A stretch of 64,000 nt of DNA from Burkholderiales bacterium. Its GTDB lineage: Bacteria > Pseudomonadota > Gammaproteobacteria > Burkholderiales > JAEUOS01. Positions 17,856-29,849 of the stretch are shown here, in pieces. The position numbers and the translations under genes are program-made. The notes beneath the pieces were generated by a model that was not told where the DNA came from, did no database searches, and saw only the letters and a list, made by a program, of their open reading frames with translations. The stretch covers positions 470-64,469 of the forward strand of contig CANJDH010000014.1 of assembly GCA_947473125.1 (NCBI GenBank), read 5' to 3'. The first letter of the stretch is position 1, and each line of letters starts with the position of its first letter.

Positions 17856-18791
17856 TTATCCCCGATTCGATTCCAGTTCGCGCGGCGCCAGCTCGCGTAC
17901 CAGTTCCAGCACTTTCTTTGCCAGCGGCGTGAGCGGCCGTTGCGCCGGTGTGGCGATCGCCAGCGAGGTGACGAGGCGCGGCCTGACGATCGGGCGCGGC
18001 AACAGTTGCGACCGCAGGCGATCGTTGCGAATCGCATTGAGCGACAAGACCGCGTAGCCGTGGCCGCGCGCCACCAGGTCGAGGATCGCCGGGATGCCGT
18101 CGATTTCCCAGGCCACGTTGATGCGCGCGCCGATCGCGGCGAGGCGGCTTTCGACAAACATGCGCACCGCGTGCGGGCGGCTCGGCATCACCAGTCCGAA
18201 ACGCGGCAGTTCCTTGAGCGTGACCGGGGTACCGACGCGCGGCGCCGCGGACGGGGCGCCACGGGTGCGGCGCTGCGGGGCCGGGCCGATCAGGTACATC
18301 GGTTCGGCGACCAGCGGCTGCGTATCGATCAGCGGCGACGGCGTCGGGTTGTAGAGCAGGCCGATGTCGATGCGCCCCGACGACAGCCACTCGGTCACGT
18401 AGGTGGACAGCCCTTCGACGATGCCCAACGTGGCTTTGGGGAAGCGGCGGCCGAATTCGGTGACCAGTGGCGCACTCAGGATGCGGCCCACTGTGGGCGG
18501 CATCCCGATCGCCACATGGCCCACCGGCGCCCCGCGCATTTTCTCCAGGTCTTCGCGGGCACGTTCGACCTGGTGCAGGATGCCGCGCCCATGCTCGAGC
18601 AGTCGCTTGCCCGCTTCGGTGAGGGTGACGCCGCGGCCGTTGCGGTTGAGCAGGGTCTGGCGCAGCTCGACCTCAAGCTGCCGCACCTGTCTCGACAGAG
18701 CCGGCTGCGCAATCTTGAGGATGGCGCTGGCGCGGGTAAAGCTGCCCAGGTCGGCGACATGTACAAAGTAGGACAACTGCTTCAGGTCCAT
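17856..18791 (-). CDS. LysR-family transcriptional regulator (LigR/PmdR-like position, divergent from ligJ)
   Basis: True start is MDLKQLSYFVHVADLGSFTRAS (HTH) at 18791. The remaining 5' part of the 598-aa track ORF is antisense to ligJ. Confidence 0.9.
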   Translation of the reverse strand: MDLKQLSYFVHVADLGSFTRASAILKIAQPALSRQVRQLEVELRQTLLNRNGRGVTLTEAGKRLLEHGRGILHQVERAREDLEKMRGAPVGHVAIGMPPTVGRILSAPLVTEFGRRFPKATLGIVEGLSTYVTEWLSSGRIDIGLLYNPTPSPLIDTQPLVAEPMYLIGPAPQRRTRGAPSAAPRVGTPVTLKELPRFGLVMPSRPHAVRMFVESRLAAIGARINVAWEIDGIPAILDLVARGHGYAVLSLNAIRNDRLRSQLLPRPIVRPRLVTSLAIATPAQRPLTPLAKKVLELVRELAPRELESNRG

Positions 18792-18844
18792 GGGTGTTTT
18801 CCCGGCGCGAGGGAGTGTTGGACGATGCTGCAATGATATAGCTG

Positions 18845-18868
18845 ATAGACCGGAAATGCCATTTTTGG
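18845..18868. promoter_or_regulatory. Shared motif ATAGACCGGAAATGCCATTTTTGG in the LysR/ligJ divergent promoter
   Basis: Contains the 15-mer also found at 9065..9079, and the TGCCATTTTTG block also found at 23352..23362. Flanked by 11-bp direct repeats TTGGACGATGC (18818..18828, 18865..18875). Confidence 0.45.
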
Positions 18869-18959
18869 ACGATGCAAATTGGGAGACAATGGGCCCTCCA
18901 CTGGATGCGCCTGCAATCAGCTGCCTGCAGGGGTATCGCCCAAAAAAAGGAACGCGGAC

Positions 18960-19982
18960 ATGATCATTGACTGCCACGGCCACTACACGACCTCGCCGCC
19001 GGCCCTCGAGCAATGGCGCAAGCAGCAGATCGCCAACCTGGCCCACCCGGCGCTCGGCCCGAAGGTTGCCGACCTGAAGATCAGTGATGACGAGTTGCGC
19101 GAGAGCATCGAAAACAACCAGTTGAAGATGATGAAGGAGCGCGGCTCCGACGTCACCATTTTCTCGCCGCGTGCGAGCTACATGGCGCACCACATCGGCG
19201 ACTTCAATACCTCGGCGACCTGGTCTGCGATTTGCAACGAACTGATCTTTCGTATCAACCGGCTGTTTCCCAAACAGTTCATCGGCGGCGGCATGTTGCC
19301 GCAGTCGCCGGGCGTGAAGCCCGAGACCTGCCTTGCCGAACTCGACAAGTGCGTCAAGGAATATGGCTTTGTGGTCGTCAACCTGAACCCCGACCCGTCC
19401 GGCGGGCACTGGAACTCGCCGCCGCTGTCGGACCCGCAATGGTTCCCGATTTACGAGAAGCTGGTCGAGTACGACCTGCCGGCGATGATCCATGTCAGCA
19501 CCAGTTGCAACGATTGCTTCCACACCACCGGCGCACATTATCTCAACGCCGACACCACGGCCTTCATGCAGTGCCTGACGTCCGACATTTTCAAGCGCTT
19601 TCCCAAGCTCAAGTTCATCATTCCGCATGGCGGCGGCGCGGCGCCGTACCACTGGGGCCGGTTCCGCGGCATCGCGCAGGACATGAAATTGCCGCCGCTA
19701 AAAGAACATTTGCTCAAGAACATCTTCTTCGACACCTGCGTCTACCACCAGCCCGGCATTGATTTGTTGTTGAAGGTGATTCCGGTGGAGAACATCCTGT
19801 TTGCTTCCGAAATGATCGGCGCGGTGCGCGGGATCGACCCGGAAAGCGGTTTCATGTACGACGATACCAAGCGTTATATCGAAAGTGCCGCGCAGCTCAC
19901 TGCGGCCGACCGTGGCAGCATCTACGAAGGCAATGCGCGCCGCGTATTCGGCCGTCTCAATGCCGCGCTGGCGAGGAGTTAA
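18960..19982 (+). CDS. ligJ: 4-oxalomesaconate hydratase (amidohydrolase fold)
   Basis: Start MIIDCHGHYTT at 18960 (A-rich AGGAA RBS). ~340 aa, LigJ/GalB-like. Followed by ligK. Confidence 0.85.
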   Translation: MIIDCHGHYTTSPPALEQWRKQQIANLAHPALGPKVADLKISDDELRESIENNQLKMMKERGSDVTIFSPRASYMAHHIGDFNTSATWSAICNELIFRINRLFPKQFIGGGMLPQSPGVKPETCLAELDKCVKEYGFVVVNLNPDPSGGHWNSPPLSDPQWFPIYEKLVEYDLPAMIHVSTSCNDCFHTTGAHYLNADTTAFMQCLTSDIFKRFPKLKFIIPHGGGAAPYHWGRFRGIAQDMKLPPLKEHLLKNIFFDTCVYHQPGIDLLLKVIPVENILFASEMIGAVRGIDPESGFMYDDTKRYIESAAQLTAADRGSIYEGNARRVFGRLNAALARS

Positions 19983-19985
19983 GCG

Positions 19986-20675
19986 ATGAGCCTGAACCAG
20001 ATGGGCATTGTCAAACGCAACATTGCGCGTGCCGACAAGACGGCGGTCGAGAAACTGGCGCAGTTCGGTGTGGCCACCATCCACGAAGCGATGGGCCGCG
20101 TCGGCCTGATGAAGCCGGTGATGCGGCCGATCTACGCCGGCGCGCGCATGTGCGGTACCGCTGTCACGGTGCTGGTGCATCCGGGCGACAACTGGATGAT
20201 GCATGTGGTGGCGGAGCAGATCCGGCCCGGCGACGTGGTGGTGGTGGCCTGTACGGCCGACAACACCGACGGATTCTTCGGGGACCTGCTCGCCACTTCC
20301 TTCAAGGCGCGCGGCGCGAAGGGCCTGGTGATCGACGGCGGGGTGCGCGATGTGCGCGATCTGACCGAGATGCAGTTCCCGGTGTTCTCCAAGGCGATCA
20401 GCGCCAAAGGTACGGTCAAGGCCACGATCGGTTCGGTCAACATCCCGGTGGTGGTGGCCGATGCCCTGGTCAATCCCGGCGATGTGATCATTGCCGACGA
20501 CGATGGTGTGGTGGTCGTGCCATCCGCGCTGGCGATGCAGGTTGCCGATGCGGCGGCCGCGCGCGAGGCCAATGAGGCCGAGAAACGCGCCAAGCTCGCT
20601 TCCGGCGTGCTGGGCCTGGACATGTACAACATGCGGCCGGCGCTCGAGAAGGCCGGCCTGAAATACATCGACTGA
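19986..20675 (+). CDS. ligK: 4-carboxy-4-hydroxy-2-oxoadipate aldolase / oxaloacetate decarboxylase (RraA fold)
   Basis: 229 aa. RraA-like class II aldolase sequence ([13 protein letters not shown]..., [10 protein letters not shown]). Confidence 0.85.
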   Translation: MSLNQMGIVKRNIARADKTAVEKLAQFGVATIHEAMGRVGLMKPVMRPIYAGARMCGTAVTVLVHPGDNWMMHVVAEQIRPGDVVVVACTADNTDGFFGDLLATSFKARGAKGLVIDGGVRDVRDLTEMQFPVFSKAISAKGTVKATIGSVNIPVVVADALVNPGDVIIADDDGVVVVPSALAMQVADAAAAREANEAEKRAKLASGVLGLDMYNMRPALEKAGLKYID

Positions 20676-21481
20676 TGCGCATTGATCCGAAGCGTCTGCG
20701 CCGCTGGTCGCTGCCCTGGCTTGCGGCGCTCCTCGTGGCGGGATGCGCCGCACCGGTGGCGACACCGGACGCTGCGGTTCGCCAGGCACTTGCGCCGACC
20801 GGTGCGCTGCGGGTGGCCGTCTATCTTGGCAGCCCGACTTCGCTGGTGCTGGATGCCAAGACCGGCGAGAAGGCCGGCGTGTCGGTGGACTTGGGCCGCG
20901 AGCTGGCCGCGCGCCTGGGCGTGCCGTTGCAGCTGGTGGAACACAAGCTGGTCGCCGAGGTGGTGGCTTCCCTGCGTGAAGGGAGGGCCGATTTCACGGT
21001 GACCAACGCCTCGCCAGAGCGCGCCAGGCTGGTGGACTTCACCGCGCCTCTCGTCGATCTTGAACTGGGTTATCTGGTGCTGCCGACCTCGTCGGTTCGC
21101 GCCATCGCGGATGTCGACCGTTCGGGGATACGTATTGGCGTGAGCCAGGGGAGCACGTCGCAGGGCACTCTGACGGCGGCGTATCGTCATGCCCGGGTGG
21201 TTGGCGCATCGTCGCTTAGCGCTGCCGCCGGCATGCTCAGGCGTGGTGAACTCGATGCTTTTGCCACCAACAAGGCTGTGTTGTTCCAGATGGCTGACAG
21301 CCTGCCGGAGGCGCGCATCCTTGACGGCCGCTGGGGCGTCGAGCATCTGGCCATCGCGGTACCGCAGGGGCGCAGCGCCGGCGCAGAGTACCTGCGCCGC
21401 TTCGCCGAGGACATGAAGGCTGGCGGCCAGCTGCGTGCGGCCGCCTTGCGCGCCGGCTTGCGCGGTACGGCGGCGCCCTGA
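20675..21481 (+). CDS. Family-3 solute-binding lipoprotein (SBP_bac_3-like), orphan
   Basis: TGATG stop/start overlap with ligK. Lipobox LVAGC. Polar amino-acid-type SBP sequence (DFTVTNAS..., DAFATNKAVL). No cognate permease or ATPase nearby. Confidence 0.7.
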   Translation: MRIDPKRLRRWSLPWLAALLVAGCAAPVATPDAAVRQALAPTGALRVAVYLGSPTSLVLDAKTGEKAGVSVDLGRELAARLGVPLQLVEHKLVAEVVASLREGRADFTVTNASPERARLVDFTAPLVDLELGYLVLPTSSVRAIADVDRSGIRIGVSQGSTSQGTLTAAYRHARVVGASSLSAAAGMLRRGELDAFATNKAVLFQMADSLPEARILDGRWGVEHLAIAVPQGRSAGAEYLRRFAEDMKAGGQLRAAALRAGLRGTAAP

Positions 21482-21500
21482 AGAGAAACTGGAGATCTAC

Positions 21501-22493
21501 ATGAAGCAACACCTGAAGCCAGGACGCGTCGGCCACATTGGCATGGTGATCGCAATGGTGGCGAGCCTGCTTGCGGTTCCCGTGCTGGCGCAGACCTATC
21601 CTGCCAAACCTGTCAAGGTCTTCGTGGGCTTTTCGCCGGGGGGCGCGGTTGATCTGATTGCTCGCGCGGTTGGACAGCGCATCTCCGGCCCTCTTGGTCA
21701 ACCGGTCACGGTTGAAAACCGTCCGGGCGCGGGTTCCAACCTCGCGATTCGCGCCACCATCGACAGCGCGCCGGACGGCTACACGTTGTTGCTCGCTGCC
21801 AACGGACTGGTGGCCAATATGGCGCTGTACCAGCCGCAGCCGTTCGATGCCGAGAAGGAGTTGACCCCCGTGTCGTTTGTCGGTCGTGTGCCGGTGGTGA
21901 TTGCAGCGGCCGGTAACAATGCCAATCTTGGTTCGGTGCGCGCGCTCCTCGATGCCGCCCGTGCCAAGCCCGGCAGCATCACGTATGCCACGCCCGGCAA
22001 CGGCTCAACCCCGCACCTTGCAGTGGAACTGTTCGTGCGCGCTGCCGGCGTCTCGCTCATCCACGTTCCCTACAAGGGTGGCTCGCCGGCGATTACCGAT
22101 GTGATCGGCGGGCAGGTCAATCTGGTGGCGGTGAACGCGCTCGAAGTGCTGCCGCATGTGAAGTCCGGTCGTCTCAAGGTGCTGGCGGTCATGAGTCCGA
22201 CGCGCGCCGCTACGTTGCCCGACGTACCGACCATCGCCGAGTCAGGGTTTCCAGGCTTCGAAGCCTCGGTCTGGTATGGCTTCATGGCTCCGACGGGTAC
22301 GCCACGCCCGATCGTCGAGCGCCTGCATGCCGAAGTGCAAAAAGCCCTGGTTTCGACCGAGGTCAAGGAGCGCATGGCAGCAGCCGGCGGTGAATCCGTA
22401 CCGGCGAGCATCGCCGATTTTGCGGCGCTGATCCGCAGTGAGCGCCAGCGTTACGAAAAGCTGGTTCGTGAAGCAAACATCAAACCCGACTGA
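21501..22493 (+). CDS. Bug-family tripartite tricarboxylate transporter substrate-binding protein (TctC)
   Basis: Start MKQHLK at 21501 (GGAG RBS). Signal peptide. YPAKPVKVFVGFSPGG Bug signature. Confidence 0.9.
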   Translation: MKQHLKPGRVGHIGMVIAMVASLLAVPVLAQTYPAKPVKVFVGFSPGGAVDLIARAVGQRISGPLGQPVTVENRPGAGSNLAIRATIDSAPDGYTLLLAANGLVANMALYQPQPFDAEKELTPVSFVGRVPVVIAAAGNNANLGSVRALLDAARAKPGSITYATPGNGSTPHLAVELFVRAAGVSLIHVPYKGGSPAITDVIGGQVNLVAVNALEVLPHVKSGRLKVLAVMSPTRAATLPDVPTIAESGFPGFEASVWYGFMAPTGTPRPIVERLHAEVQKALVSTEVKERMAAAGGESVPASIADFAALIRSERQRYEKLVREANIKPD

Positions 22494-22521
22494 TCGGCCC
22501 CTCCCTCTCCCAGGAGAAACT

Positions 22522-23343
22522 GTGAAAAAAAGCGTTCTGAAAGCCATAGTGATGGCGGTCGTTTCACTGGCTGGCTTTACCGCAGCGTCTGCAATGGCGC
22601 AGGGCAAAGTTGAAGTGCAGTGGCTGGGGCAGGCGGCGTTCAAGATCACCACGCCCGGCGGCAAGGTGATCGTGACCGACCCGTGGCTGATCAACAACCC
22701 GATCACGCCGGCGCAATACAAGGATCTCGACGCGCTCGGCAAGATCGATGTGCTGCTGGTGACTCATGGCCATGGCGACCACATCGCCGATGCACCGGCC
22801 CTGGCGCGAAAGCACAATATCCCGGTCTGGCTGCCGGGGGACCTGGCGCAAACGCTGACCACGCTCGGCGTGCTGCCGGCGGCGCAACTGCCGCGCTTCA
22901 ACAAGGGCGGCCGCGTCACCCCCGCTCCCGGCATCCAGGTGACGGCTGTGCGCGCCGAGCATTCGTCGGTGTATGTGTGGACCAACCCGGCGACGACCAA
23001 GCCGGAAACCCATCCGGGCGGCGAGCCGATCGGTTACATCATTCAACTCGAGAACGGCTTCAAGATCTGGCACATGGGTGATACCGGCGTGTTTGGCGAC
23101 ATGAAGTGGATCGCCGATTACTACAAGCCGGATCTGGTGCTGGCGCCGATCGGCGGCAATTTCACGATGGACCCGGTTGACGCCGCCTATGCGATGCGCG
23201 AACTGATCAAGCCGAAGTTCGCGGTGCCGATGCACTACGGTACGAACCCGCTCGCAAAGGGGACGGCCGATGAATTTCGCAAGGCGACGGAAGGTGCGTC
23301 AACGCGCGTTTTCTACATGAAGCCGGGTGAGAAGATTGAGTTC

Positions 23344-23346
<3 letters not shown>
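22522..23346 (+). CDS. Secreted metallo-beta-lactamase-fold hydrolase (UPF0173-like)
   Basis: GTG start with AGGAGA RBS. Signal peptide ...ASAMAQG. MBL motif LVTHGHGDH. Confidence 0.7.
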
Positions 23347-24636
<1,290 letters not shown>

Positions 24637-24701
24637 ATCCGGATCGGCTGTATCTCCAAAATGGCTCCCACCAACGGTTTCAACATCGTGCTCCTCTGAA
24701 A

Positions 24702-25631
24702 ATGGCTTCCACCAACGCTTTGCAAGGCGAATTCGTCAAGACTCCGGGCTGGCTCGACTGGTACGCCGGCCCTTCGACGCCGCGCTTCAAGTTGCCTCCC
24801 GGCAGCGTCGATGCCCACTGCCATGTATTCGGCCCCGGTGCCGAATTTCCATTCGCGCCGGAGCGCAAGTACACGCCGTGTGATGCGTCCAGGCATCAGC
24901 TGTTTGCCTTGCGCGACCATCTCGGGTTCGACAAGAACGTGATCGTGCAGGCCACCTGCCACGGCGCCGACAATCGCGCCCTGCTCGATGCGCTGCGGCA
25001 TTCGAACAACAAGGCGCGCGGCATCGCCACCGTCAGACGCAGCGTGACCGATGCCGAACTGCAGGAGATGCATGCCGCAGGTGTGCGCGGCACGCGCTTC
25101 AACTTCGTCAAGCGCCTGGTTGATTTCACGCCCAAGGAAGAACTGATGGAGATTGCGCAGCGCATCGCGCCGCTGGGGTGGCAGGTGGTGATCTATTTCG
25201 AGGCGGTCGACCTGCCCGAATTGTGGGACTTCTTTACCGCGCTGCCGACCACGGTGGTGGTCGACCACATGGGCCGCCCTGACGTCACCAAGCCGGTCGA
25301 TGGCCCGCAGTTCCAGCTGTTCGTGAAGATGATGAAGGAGCACCCGAACATCTGGTCCAAGGTCAGTTGCCCGGAGCGGCTCTCGGTGGCGGGGCCGCCG
25401 GCGCTGCATGGCGAACGCAACGCCTATCGTGACGTCGTGCCGTTTGCCCGGCACCTGGTGGAGACCTTCCCGGATCGCGTGATCTGGGGCACCGATTGGC
25501 CGCACCCGAACCTGAAAGACCACATGCCCGATGACGGCCTGCTGGTCGATTACATTCCGCATATCGCTACCACCCCGGCATTGCAGCAAAAACTGCTGGT
25601 GGACAATCCAACGCGGCTCTACTGGGCCTGA
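24702..25631 (+). CDS. ligI: 2-pyrone-4,6-dicarboxylate lactonase
   Basis: DAHCHVFGP, LFALRDHLGF, VIDHMGRPD, WGTDWPHPN are LigI hallmarks. Start is ATG 24702, inside the longer track ORF. Confidence 0.85.
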   Translation: MASTNALQGEFVKTPGWLDWYAGPSTPRFKLPPGSVDAHCHVFGPGAEFPFAPERKYTPCDASRHQLFALRDHLGFDKNVIVQATCHGADNRALLDALRHSNNKARGIATVRRSVTDAELQEMHAAGVRGTRFNFVKRLVDFTPKEELMEIAQRIAPLGWQVVIYFEAVDLPELWDFFTALPTTVVVDHMGRPDVTKPVDGPQFQLFVKMMKEHPNIWSKVSCPERLSVAGPPALHGERNAYRDVVPFARHLVETFPDRVIWGTDWPHPNLKDHMPDDGLLVDYIPHIATTPALQQKLLVDNPTRLYWA

Positions 25632-25642
25632 GGAGATTCACG

Positions 25643-26083
25643 ATGGCACTCGACAAACCGTATCTCGACGTTCCCGGCACGACCATCTTCGACATGGAGC
25701 AGTCGCGCCTCGGCTACCACCTCAACCAGTTCTGCATGTCGTTGATGAACGCGGAGAACCGTGAGCGATTCAAGGCGAACGAACGGGCCTACCTGGACCA
25801 ATGGCCGATGACCGAAGAGCAGAAGCTCGGGGTCATGGCGCGCGACCTGAACCGTTGCATTCGCGCCGGCGGCAACATCTACTTTCTGGCCAAGATCGGC
25901 GCCACCTTCGGCAAGAGTTTCCAGCAGATGGCCGGCAGCATGACCGGCATGACCGAAGAGGAATATCGCGACATGATGATCAAGGGCGGTCGCTCGGTCG
26001 AGGGCAATCGCGTGGTCGGCGAGGGCGGCGACGCGCAGGCGAAGCGGCAGCCGCAAGGCACCGGCGCGGGAAGACTTATCTGA
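25643..26083 (+). CDS. ligA: Protocatechuate 4,5-dioxygenase alpha subunit
   Basis: 146 aa. GAGGAG RBS. LigA-like sequence (GYHLNQFCMSL..., NIYFLAK). Confidence 0.85.
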   Translation: MALDKPYLDVPGTTIFDMEQSRLGYHLNQFCMSLMNAENRERFKANERAYLDQWPMTEEQKLGVMARDLNRCIRAGGNIYFLAKIGATFGKSFQQMAGSMTGMTEEEYRDMMIKGGRSVEGNRVVGEGGDAQAKRQPQGTGAGRLI

Positions 26084-26092
26084 ACGGGATGA

Positions 26093-26956
<864 letters not shown>

Positions 26957-26965
26957 GGAGTTCGC

Positions 26966-27907
26966 ATGAAAATCGCTCTCGCCGGTGCCGGCGCATTCGG
27001 CATCAAGCACATCGAAGGCATCCAGAAGATTGCCGGCGCCGAGGTCATTTCACTGGTTGGCCGCGAGCTCGATAAGACCCGCGAAGTGGCTGCCAGGTTT
27101 GGCATCAAGCATGTCACCACCGATCTGACCGACAGCCTGGCGATCAAGGAAGTCGATGCCGTGATCCTGTGCACACCAACCCAGATGCACGCTGCCCAGG
27201 CACTTGCCTGCATGCAGGCCGGCAAGCATGTGCAGGTGGAGATCCCGATGGCCGACAGCCTCAAGGATGCCGAGGCCGTGGTTGCCTTGCAGAAAGCAAC
27301 CGGCCTCGTCGCCATGTGCGGCCACACCCGGCGCTTCAACCCGAGCCACCAATGGGTCAACAAGAAGATCAGGGCGGGGGAATTCAAGATCCAGCAGATG
27401 GATGTGCAGACCTATTTTTTCCGGCGCACCAACATGAATGCGCTGGGCCAGGCGCGCAGCTGGACCGACCACCTGCTGTGGCACCACGCGGCCCATACGG
27501 TCGATTTGTTCCAGTACCAGACCGGCGAAGAAGTGATGGTGGCCAATGCGGTGCAGGGGCCGATCCACCCCACGCTGGGCATTGCCATGGACATGTCGAT
27601 CCAGCTCAAAACGACGACCGGCCAAATCTGCACGCTGTCGCTGTCGTTCAACAACGACGGGCCGCTGGGCACGTTCTTTCGCTACATCGGCGATACCGGC
27701 ACCTACATTGCCCGCTATGACGACCTGTTCAATGGCAAGGACGAGAAAATCGATGTGTCGAAAGTGGATGTGTCGATGAACGGCATTGAATTGCAGGATC
27801 GCGAATTCATTGCGGCGATCCGGGAGAAGCGCGAGCCCAACTCCAGCGTGGCCAAGGTACTGCCGTGCTACCGGATCCTGCACAAGCTTGAAGTTGGCAT
27901 GGGCTGA
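26966..27907 (+). CDS. ligC: 4-carboxy-2-hydroxymuconate-6-semialdehyde dehydrogenase (Gfo/Idh/MocA family)
   Basis: MKIALAGAGAFG Rossmann N-terminus, ~313 aa, operon position after ligAB. Confidence 0.8.
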   Translation: MKIALAGAGAFGIKHIEGIQKIAGAEVISLVGRELDKTREVAARFGIKHVTTDLTDSLAIKEVDAVILCTPTQMHAAQALACMQAGKHVQVEIPMADSLKDAEAVVALQKATGLVAMCGHTRRFNPSHQWVNKKIRAGEFKIQQMDVQTYFFRRTNMNALGQARSWTDHLLWHHAAHTVDLFQYQTGEEVMVANAVQGPIHPTLGIAMDMSIQLKTTTGQICTLSLSFNNDGPLGTFFRYIGDTGTYIARYDDLFNGKDEKIDVSKVDVSMNGIELQDREFIAAIREKREPNSSVAKVLPCYRILHKLEVGMG

Positions 27908-27917
27908 GGCGGACGCG

Positions 27918-28925
27918 ATGCAACAGCGCAAGCTTGGCCCGTTTCAGGTTTCTGCCGTCAGCCTCGGGTGCATGAACTTTGCCCATGCCTACGGCACGCC
28001 GCCGCCCGAAGAAGATGCTGCCCGCCTGCTGCTCAAGGCACTGGACCTGGGCGTCACCATGTTCGATACCGCTGCACTGTATGGTTTTGGCGTGAGCGAG
28101 TCCATCATGGGGCGGGTTCTCAAGGCGCATCGTTCGCGCTTCACGCTGGCGAGCAAGGGCGGCATGGCCGGGGTTGCGTTTCCGGACGGCGTCAAACGCG
28201 TGATCGACGGGCGGCCCGAGGCGATCAGGCGCAATTGCGAAGACAGCCTCAAGCGTCTGCAAACCGAGGTGATCGATTTGTATTACCTGCATCGCTGGGA
28301 CAAAAAAGTGCCGATCGAGGAGTCTGTCGGGGCGCTGGCGGATCTGGTGCGCGAGGGCAAGGTGCGCACGCTGGGCTTGTCCGAGGTGTCGGCTGAAACA
28401 ATCCTGCGCGCACATGCGGTACACCCGATCGTCGCGGTGCAAACCGAATACTCGCTATGGTCGCGCGAAGCCGAGATTGCCGTAATCAGCACATGCCGGG
28501 AGATTGGTGCTGCGTTTGTTGCATTCAGCCCGGTGGCGCGCGCGTTTCTGTCCGGCAAGCTCACCGATGTGGCGGGGCTGGAAGCGACGGACATTCGTCG
28601 CACCATGCCGCGCTTTGCGCCGGACAACTATGCCGCCAACCTGAAGCTTCTCGACGGGTACCGGGGGCTGGCCCAGGAGGCAGGCTGCAGCATGGCGCAA
28701 CTGGCGATTGCCTGGCTGCTGCACAAGGGGGAGCACATCATCCCGATTCCCGGCACCAAGGACCCCGACCACCTGGCGGAGGATGTTGCGGCGGCAAACG
28801 TGGCACTGAGTGCCGATCTGATCGCGCGTGCCGAAGCCTTGATCCATAACCGCGGTGTGGCCGGCAGTCGCTACAACGCGCAGGCCCAGTCGGAAGTGGA
28901 TACCGAGCAGTTTCAGCCGGCGTAG
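27918..28925 (+). CDS. Aldo/keto reductase
   Basis: Start MQQRKLG at 27918. AKR motifs LGCMNF, FDTAALYG, LYYLHRWD. Confidence 0.85.
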   Translation: MQQRKLGPFQVSAVSLGCMNFAHAYGTPPPEEDAARLLLKALDLGVTMFDTAALYGFGVSESIMGRVLKAHRSRFTLASKGGMAGVAFPDGVKRVIDGRPEAIRRNCEDSLKRLQTEVIDLYYLHRWDKKVPIEESVGALADLVREGKVRTLGLSEVSAETILRAHAVHPIVAVQTEYSLWSREAEIAVISTCREIGAAFVAFSPVARAFLSGKLTDVAGLEATDIRRTMPRFAPDNYAANLKLLDGYRGLAQEAGCSMAQLAIAWLLHKGEHIIPIPGTKDPDHLAEDVAAANVALSADLIARAEALIHNRGVAGSRYNAQAQSEVDTEQFQPA

Positions 28926-29791
28926 CGAAACCGGTAGGCCGTGCCGTCGCGCTCGATGTAGCCGCCGGTGGGCGCCGGGAAGTGCGCCGGGAGTACCAGC
29001 ACACCGCTGTCGGCATAGCGTTCGATGAACGCCTTGCGGGTTCGGCGCGACTGCGCCGGGTCGGCGCAAAAGCGCGTACTCCAGTCGGGGTAGGTCAGTT
29101 GCAGGGGCGTGTGCAACACGTCGCTGGCGAGGATGGCCCGGCGCCCATCGGATTGAACCGCCACACACACCAGGCCCGGCGTATGGCCGGGCGCCGGCAC
29201 CAGCGTGACCGCGGCGTCGATGCGATGGTCGGTGGCGACGAAATCGACCAGCCCGGCTTCCACCACCGGGACGATGCTGTCGGCCATGTAGTCGCCGGTG
29301 CGGTCGCGATTGGGCCGCCCTGCGCTGCTCCACCAGTAGTCCCATTCTGCCTGGGCAAACAAATAGCGCGCGTGCGGAAACGTGGGCACCCACTTGCCGT
29401 CCACCAATTGCGTATTCCAGCCGACGTGGTCAACATGAAAATGGCTGCACACCACGATGTCGATGTCGGACGGCGCGAGGCCGGCGCGCGCCAGCGCATC
29501 CGGCCAGTGCCGGCGCTGCCGGTCAAACACCGCGCGCCGCCGTGATTTGCAGTCGCCGACGCAGGTGTCGACCAGGATCGTCTTGCCGGCGCTGCGAATC
29601 ACGAATCCCTGGAATGCCAGGATCAACAGCCGCGCAGCCGGGTCATAGAACCGCGGCACGAGCCAATCGAGGTTGGCGGCAATGTGCGCGTCGCTGCAAT
29701 CCGGGTAGACCTCATGCGGGTCGAGCACGGCAAATTCGGATTCGACCACGGTGTCGAGCCGTACCGCACCAATGTTGAAAGACTGGCTCAT
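28913..29791 (-). CDS. MBL-fold metallo-hydrolase (lactonase-like)
   Basis: 292 aa with CSHFHVDHVGWN zinc motif. Its 3' end overlaps the convergent AKR gene by 13 nt. Confidence 0.75.
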   Translation of the reverse strand: MSQSFNIGAVRLDTVVESEFAVLDPHEVYPDCSDAHIAANLDWLVPRFYDPAARLLILAFQGFVIRSAGKTILVDTCVGDCKSRRRAVFDRQRRHWPDALARAGLAPSDIDIVVCSHFHVDHVGWNTQLVDGKWVPTFPHARYLFAQAEWDYWWSSAGRPNRDRTGDYMADSIVPVVEAGLVDFVATDHRIDAAVTLVPAPGHTPGLVCVAVQSDGRRAILASDVLHTPLQLTYPDWSTRFCADPAQSRRTRKAFIERYADSGVLVLPAHFPAPTGGYIERDGTAYRFRYAG

Positions 29792-29849
29792 GTCGTCGTC
29801 GGCGCGTCGGGTGAAGAACGGCTCCCACCAATGGTTATGGCGGGATTCC

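Noticed and set aside
17856-19652. 598-aa minus-strand ORF suggesting a large LysR fusion protein
   Set aside because: Only the C-terminal 311 aa (from MDLKQLSYF at 18791) are LysR-like. The upstream part is antisense to ligJ and low-complexity. The true gene is 17856..18791.
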